From contig JAQTMR010000007.1 of the NCBI GenBank assembly GCA_028714255.1, forward strand, positions 52,341 to 116,340: 64,000 bases of DNA, given 5' to 3'. Under the pieces are notes generated by a model. It saw only the letters and a program-made list of their open reading frames with translations. It did not search any database and was not told the DNA's origin. This stretch comes from Phycisphaerae bacterium (lineage in GTDB: Bacteria; Planctomycetota; Phycisphaerae; Sedimentisphaerales; Anaerobacaceae). The translations under genes were made by a program, and so were the position numbers. This document shows, in pieces, positions 60,852-64,000 of this stretch; positions within the stretch are counted from its first letter, which is position 1; every line of letters starts with the position of its first letter.

Positions 60852-62474
60852 ATGGGTAGGGTATTTTGGGCAGCAATTGTTGTCTGGGGATTGGTGTTGT
60901 CATCTATTTGCTTCGGTTATTCCGGCGGTTCTGGAACAGCAGAAGACCCTTACCTGATATCCACAGCCGAGGACATGAACCAAATCGGGTGCAATTACCA
61001 AGACTGGGACAAGTATTTCAAACTGACGGCTGATATAAACCTTTCCGCTTATACCGGCACGCAGTTCAGTCGCATCGGCACCGATGCGAAACACGCCTTC
61101 AGCGGCGTTTTTGACGGCAATGGGCACACGATTTCCAATTTCGCATACACGGTAGAGAGCGGCGATTATATCGGCATTTTCGGTAGCGTCAGCAATACAG
61201 GGATAATAGAAAATGTCTCTCTTGTTGATGTAAACGTAATCGGAAACAACTATGTTGGCGGTTTAGTGGGGCACAACGAGGGAACTATCAGCAACTCCTC
61301 TGTCACGGGGACTGTTTCGGGTAGTTATATGGCTGGCGGTCTGGTGGGGTATAGCGAGCAAGGCAGTATCATCAATTGTTATTCGACAATCGCTGTCACC
61401 AGTGGGTATAGTCCATATTGTCTCGGCGGGTTGATAGGAGGAAACGACGGCACTATCAGCGATTGCAATTCGACAGGCACCGTCACCGGCGGAGATTGTT
61501 CATATTACCTCGGCGGGCTGGTGGGACAGAACAGAGGCGGCATCAGTGACTGTACTTCGACAGCTACCGTCACCGGCGGAGATTGTTCATATTACCTCGG
61601 CGGGCTGGCTGGATATTATACCCCTGGCCTATTACTAAGCGGTGTCTTCAATTGCGACTCGACAGGCACCGTTACCGGCGGAGATTATTTACACTACATC
61701 GGCGGGCTGGTGGGATATACCTATGGAGGCGGTATCGGTGAGTGCAGTTCGACAGGCAATATCACTGGTGGAGATTATTCATACGGCCTCGGCGGGCTAT
61801 TGGGAGGTAATGAACGGGCAGTCTTTGTCAGGTGTTGTTATTCGATAGGCGCTGTCAGCGGTGGATATAGTTCAGATTGTGTCGGAGGGTTGATGGGGGA
61901 GAATATAAATGACAGCTATGTCACGGACTGTTATGCTACGGGCGATGTCATCGGGGGCTACGATGTAGGAGGATTAGTAGGAATAAATGATCATAGCTAC
62001 ATTTATGAGTGTTACTCATCTGGCAGTGTGTCAGGGTATATGTTCGTTGGCGGACTATTGGGGTGGAGTTATAACGGAGAGACCATAAATTCATTCTGGG
62101 ATGTGAACACCAGTGGCCAATCCTGGAGCGCAGGCGGAACAGGCAAAACAACCGCTGAAATGATGACGGAAAGCACATTTACTGACGCCGTCTGGGATTT
62201 TGTAGGCGAGACGGCCAACGGCACGGATGACTTCTGGCGGATGTGTGTAGATGGAGTGAACTATCCGCTTTTGTGGTGGCAGTTTAATACGGCGGATTTT
62301 ACCTGTCCGGATGGCGTCAATTTCATAGACTTTGCGATTCTGGCCAATGTCTGGCTAAACAACTCTTGGCAGGATAACTGGGACTATCGTTATGATATTG
62401 CCGAACCGCAAAATGGTGTCATTGATGTCTTAGACCTTGCGATATTCACACAACACTGGCTCGAAGGGTTTTGA
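60852..62474 (+). CDS. Secreted GLUG-motif repeat protein with a C-terminal dockerin-like tail
   Basis: ATG at 60852, 8 nt after GGAGGG. Signal peptide MGRVFWAAIVVWGLVLSSICFG. About 10 repeats of the GGLVG-x-N-x-G-x-I-x-x-C/S type. Tail: NGVIDVLDLAIFTQHWLEGF. Confidence 0.8.
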   Translation: MGRVFWAAIVVWGLVLSSICFGYSGGSGTAEDPYLISTAEDMNQIGCNYQDWDKYFKLTADINLSAYTGTQFSRIGTDAKHAFSGVFDGNGHTISNFAYTVESGDYIGIFGSVSNTGIIENVSLVDVNVIGNNYVGGLVGHNEGTISNSSVTGTVSGSYMAGGLVGYSEQGSIINCYSTIAVTSGYSPYCLGGLIGGNDGTISDCNSTGTVTGGDCSYYLGGLVGQNRGGISDCTSTATVTGGDCSYYLGGLAGYYTPGLLLSGVFNCDSTGTVTGGDYLHYIGGLVGYTYGGGIGECSSTGNITGGDYSYGLGGLLGGNERAVFVRCCYSIGAVSGGYSSDCVGGLMGENINDSYVTDCYATGDVIGGYDVGGLVGINDHSYIYECYSSGSVSGYMFVGGLLGWSYNGETINSFWDVNTSGQSWSAGGTGKTTAEMMTESTFTDAVWDFVGETANGTDDFWRMCVDGVNYPLLWWQFNTADFTCPDGVNFIDFAILANVWLNNSWQDNWDYRYDIAEPQNGVIDVLDLAIFTQHWLEGF

Positions 62475-62524
62475 TGGCTTAGTTCATAAGCAGAGAGTTA
62501 TTCTGTAAAGCCGATTTTAATAAA

Positions 62525-62551
62525 GGGCTGTGAGCGTAATGCTTACAGCCC
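62525..62551 (+). terminator. Candidate terminator hairpin after the GLUG gene
   Basis: Stem GGGCTGTGAGC / GCTTACAGCCC (one G-U pair) with loop GTAAT, followed by TTGGTCTT, which is a weak U-tract. Confidence 0.4.
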
Positions 62552-62745
62552 TTGGTCTTAGAATTTGCTCAGAACAGGCCCTTCGACGAGCTCAGTACAG
62601 GATAGAGAATTCGGGCAGAGATTGCCTAAGTTAACATTATTGATTTTGTGGAAATTGGGGGTTGTAAGTTTTGAGTTTGGGGGTAGAATATTAATGAAGC
62701 TGGGAAGGAAATAATTACAAACATATAGCTTAGGGGGCTTGTAAG

Positions 62746-63171
62746 ATGAAAGAAGAGCTTGCGTGCTGCGGTTACAAATGTAAAATTTGTCCCGCATACA
62801 AAGATAATATAAGCGGCGAGGAATCTCAACAGGCGGTCAGCGACGGGTGGTTCAAGATATATGGTTTTCGCATACCGCCGGAACGATGTATCTGTGACGG
62901 CTGTAAGCCTGAGAATTGTGAGAACCCGCGGAAGGTAGATACGAAATGTCCTATTGGGCCTTGCGTAGCGGCGAAGGGGATACCCAACTGCGCTTACTGC
63001 GATGAGTATATATGTGAGAAGCTGGCGAAGAGGATAGTCAGCCCAAAGGAAATTGTCAGCAGGAGTAAAGAGCCGATTTCTCTGGAAGATTACAACCGCT
63101 TCATAAAGCCCTATGATAATAAGACCAGGCTCGACGAGGTGCGGATAGTATTGTTAGGCAAATCCGATTAG
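62746..63171 (+). CDS. Cys-rich DUF3795-like protein
   Basis: 141 aa with multiple CxxC-type pairs: CCGYKCKICPAYKDN, CDGCKPENCEN, CPIGPCVAAKGIPNCAYCDEYIC. RBS GGGGG upstream. Confidence 0.55.
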   Translation: MKEELACCGYKCKICPAYKDNISGEESQQAVSDGWFKIYGFRIPPERCICDGCKPENCENPRKVDTKCPIGPCVAAKGIPNCAYCDEYICEKLAKRIVSPKEIVSRSKEPISLEDYNRFIKPYDNKTRLDEVRIVLLGKSD

Positions 63172-63370
63172 GCAACAGCAAGTTCGTCGCTTGTTGCTCG
63201 TGGCTCGTCGCTCGGGCCGGCACAAGGTCAGGGTTTGTTTTAATAGATTCCTCGACTTCTTCGACTGATTCGACAAACTCACCACGGGCAAGCTCGGGAC
63301 AGGTACGCTCGGAATGACAAGATGGCGGTTTGAGATTGCCACGGCCTTCGGCCTCGCAATGACTTATACT
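63172..63370. repeat. Short GC-rich repeat modules between convergent genes
   Basis: GATTCGACAAACTCACCACGGGCAAGCTCGGGACAGG resembles TTCGACAGGCTCAGGATAAATGGATTCGACAAGCTCACCATAAATTGG at about 41166-41213. 63333-63363 is the exact reverse complement of 38676-38706. Confidence 0.7.
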
Positions 63371-64000
63371 TTATGGGTTTTGAGTTGCGAGCAGTTTTAT
63401 GAAGTCGTCAGCTGTTGTTTCGGCGAGGGTATCAAAAATCAAGTCGGCTTTCGCGAGGTCGGCGCGTTTTCGGGTTGTAGCGACCGCAAGAACCAACATC
63501 TTCGCGGCCTTTGCAGCCTCGACGCCGGCGATGGCGTCTTCCACGACGATGCATCTTCCCTGCGGCATCGAGAGTTTGGCAGCGGCTTTAAGGAAGGTCT
63601 GCGGAGAGGGTTTGCCTTCGGTTACGTCTTCGCAGGTAACATAAGCATCAAAATATTGGTCGAAGTTCATACGCTTGCGGATGAGGTCGAGATTTGCTTT
63701 CGGGGTCGATGAGCCGATGGCCAGGCGAAAACCTTTTTGTTTCAGGTCGGCGAGAAGGACTTCGAGATTTTTATCCGGAGCGAGTTTGTCCGCAACGATT
63801 CGGCGATAAAGTTTTTCTTTCCAGTCGGAGAGAAGATTGAGCTGCTGGGGGGATAAAGCACGGCCAAGCAGCATTGGGATTATACTGTTGTTGTTCATTC
63901 CGAAAGTGGCCAGGAAGAAATCGTCTGATATAGGCATGCCCTGTTTTTCCGCAAAGGCAAACCATGCTTGCTTGTGCGCCCAGCCAGTATCTACGAGGAC
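63371..64000 (-). CDS. HAD-superfamily hydrolase (beta-phosphoglucomutase-like), 5' end beyond the window
   Basis: The frame stays open from the ATG at 63937 to the window edge and reads VLVDTGWAHKQAWFAFAEKQGMPISDDF, the region just after HAD motif I. Later motif: CIVVEDAIAGVEAAKAAKM. The true start therefore lies outside the window. Confidence 0.75.
   Translation of the reverse strand, partial: VLVDTGWAHKQAWFAFAEKQGMPISDDFFLATFGMNNNSIIPMLLGRALSPQQLNLLSDWKEKLYRRIVADKLAPDKNLEVLLADLKQKGFRLAIGSSTPKANLDLIRKRMNFDQYFDAYVTCEDVTEGKPSPQTFLKAAAKLSMPQGRCIVVEDAIAGVEAAKAAKMLVLAVATTRKRADLAKADLIFDTLAETTADDFIKLLATQNP

Overview
This 64-kb window looks chromosomal. I can support about 57 protein-coding genes and see no rRNA, tRNA or CRISPR array. 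Families were recognised by eye from motifs, not by database search. The gene content and the style of the intergenic repeats suggest a Planctomycetota (Phycisphaerae-like) genome; this is inference only. That content includes an ECF sigma/anti-sigma pair next to a secreted glycoside hydrolase with a dockerin-like tail, a GLUG-repeat secreted protein, a giant LptC/OstA-like protein, a Hanks kinase and a PTS-Ntr set.

Gene order, left to right:
- ECF sigma, anti-sigma-like protein, glycoside hydrolase and Gfo/Idh/MocA oxidoreductase (minus strand).
- Repeat island I, then a REP-associated tyrosine transposase (RAYT) bracketed by its REP hairpins, then larC.
- A five-gene minus-strand sensory cluster: porin, PstS-like binding protein, 1068-aa Cache/PAS/GAF histidine kinase, stand-alone XylR_N/V4R protein, 666-aa Cache histidine kinase.
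- dacB, a small histidine kinase, hisI, two membrane proteins.
- hpf-ptsN-HPr-ptsI, DUF2344-like protein, RNase G, kdsC, a 704-aa LptC/OstA-like protein.
- HAD hydrolase, acyl-CoA dehydrogenase, etfAB.
- Ser/Thr kinase plus APH-like kinase, csp, B12-radical SAM enzyme, repeat island II.
- Amidase with an RsbW/STAS-like pair, MazG-like protein, NSS transporter, amidohydrolase, Zn-ribbon protein, galM.
- lemA and an M48 protease, convergent with a rhomboid.
- pilT, a degenerate membrane-anchored PilB-like protein and a CvpA-like protein.
- EF-G paralog, repeat island III, GLUG protein, DUF3795-like protein, HAD hydrolase (truncated by the window end).

Observations most worth a second look:
1. 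The pilT cassette. Its second gene is a TM-anchored PilB/GspE homolog that has lost the Walker A lysine, the Asp-box/Walker B acidic residues and the His-box histidines.
2. The regulator-less sensory cluster. Its two kinases share about 710 bp of transmitter sequence, including a 301-bp perfectly identical core, which looks like gene conversion.
3. Three intergenic islands built from several families of short modular repeats. Some modules are nested inside others, one element has CTTACAA/A-tract units phased at 10 bp, and one palindrome has a flipped loop.
4. Homologous C-terminal Zn-ribbon tails on two unrelated, convergent membrane proteases.
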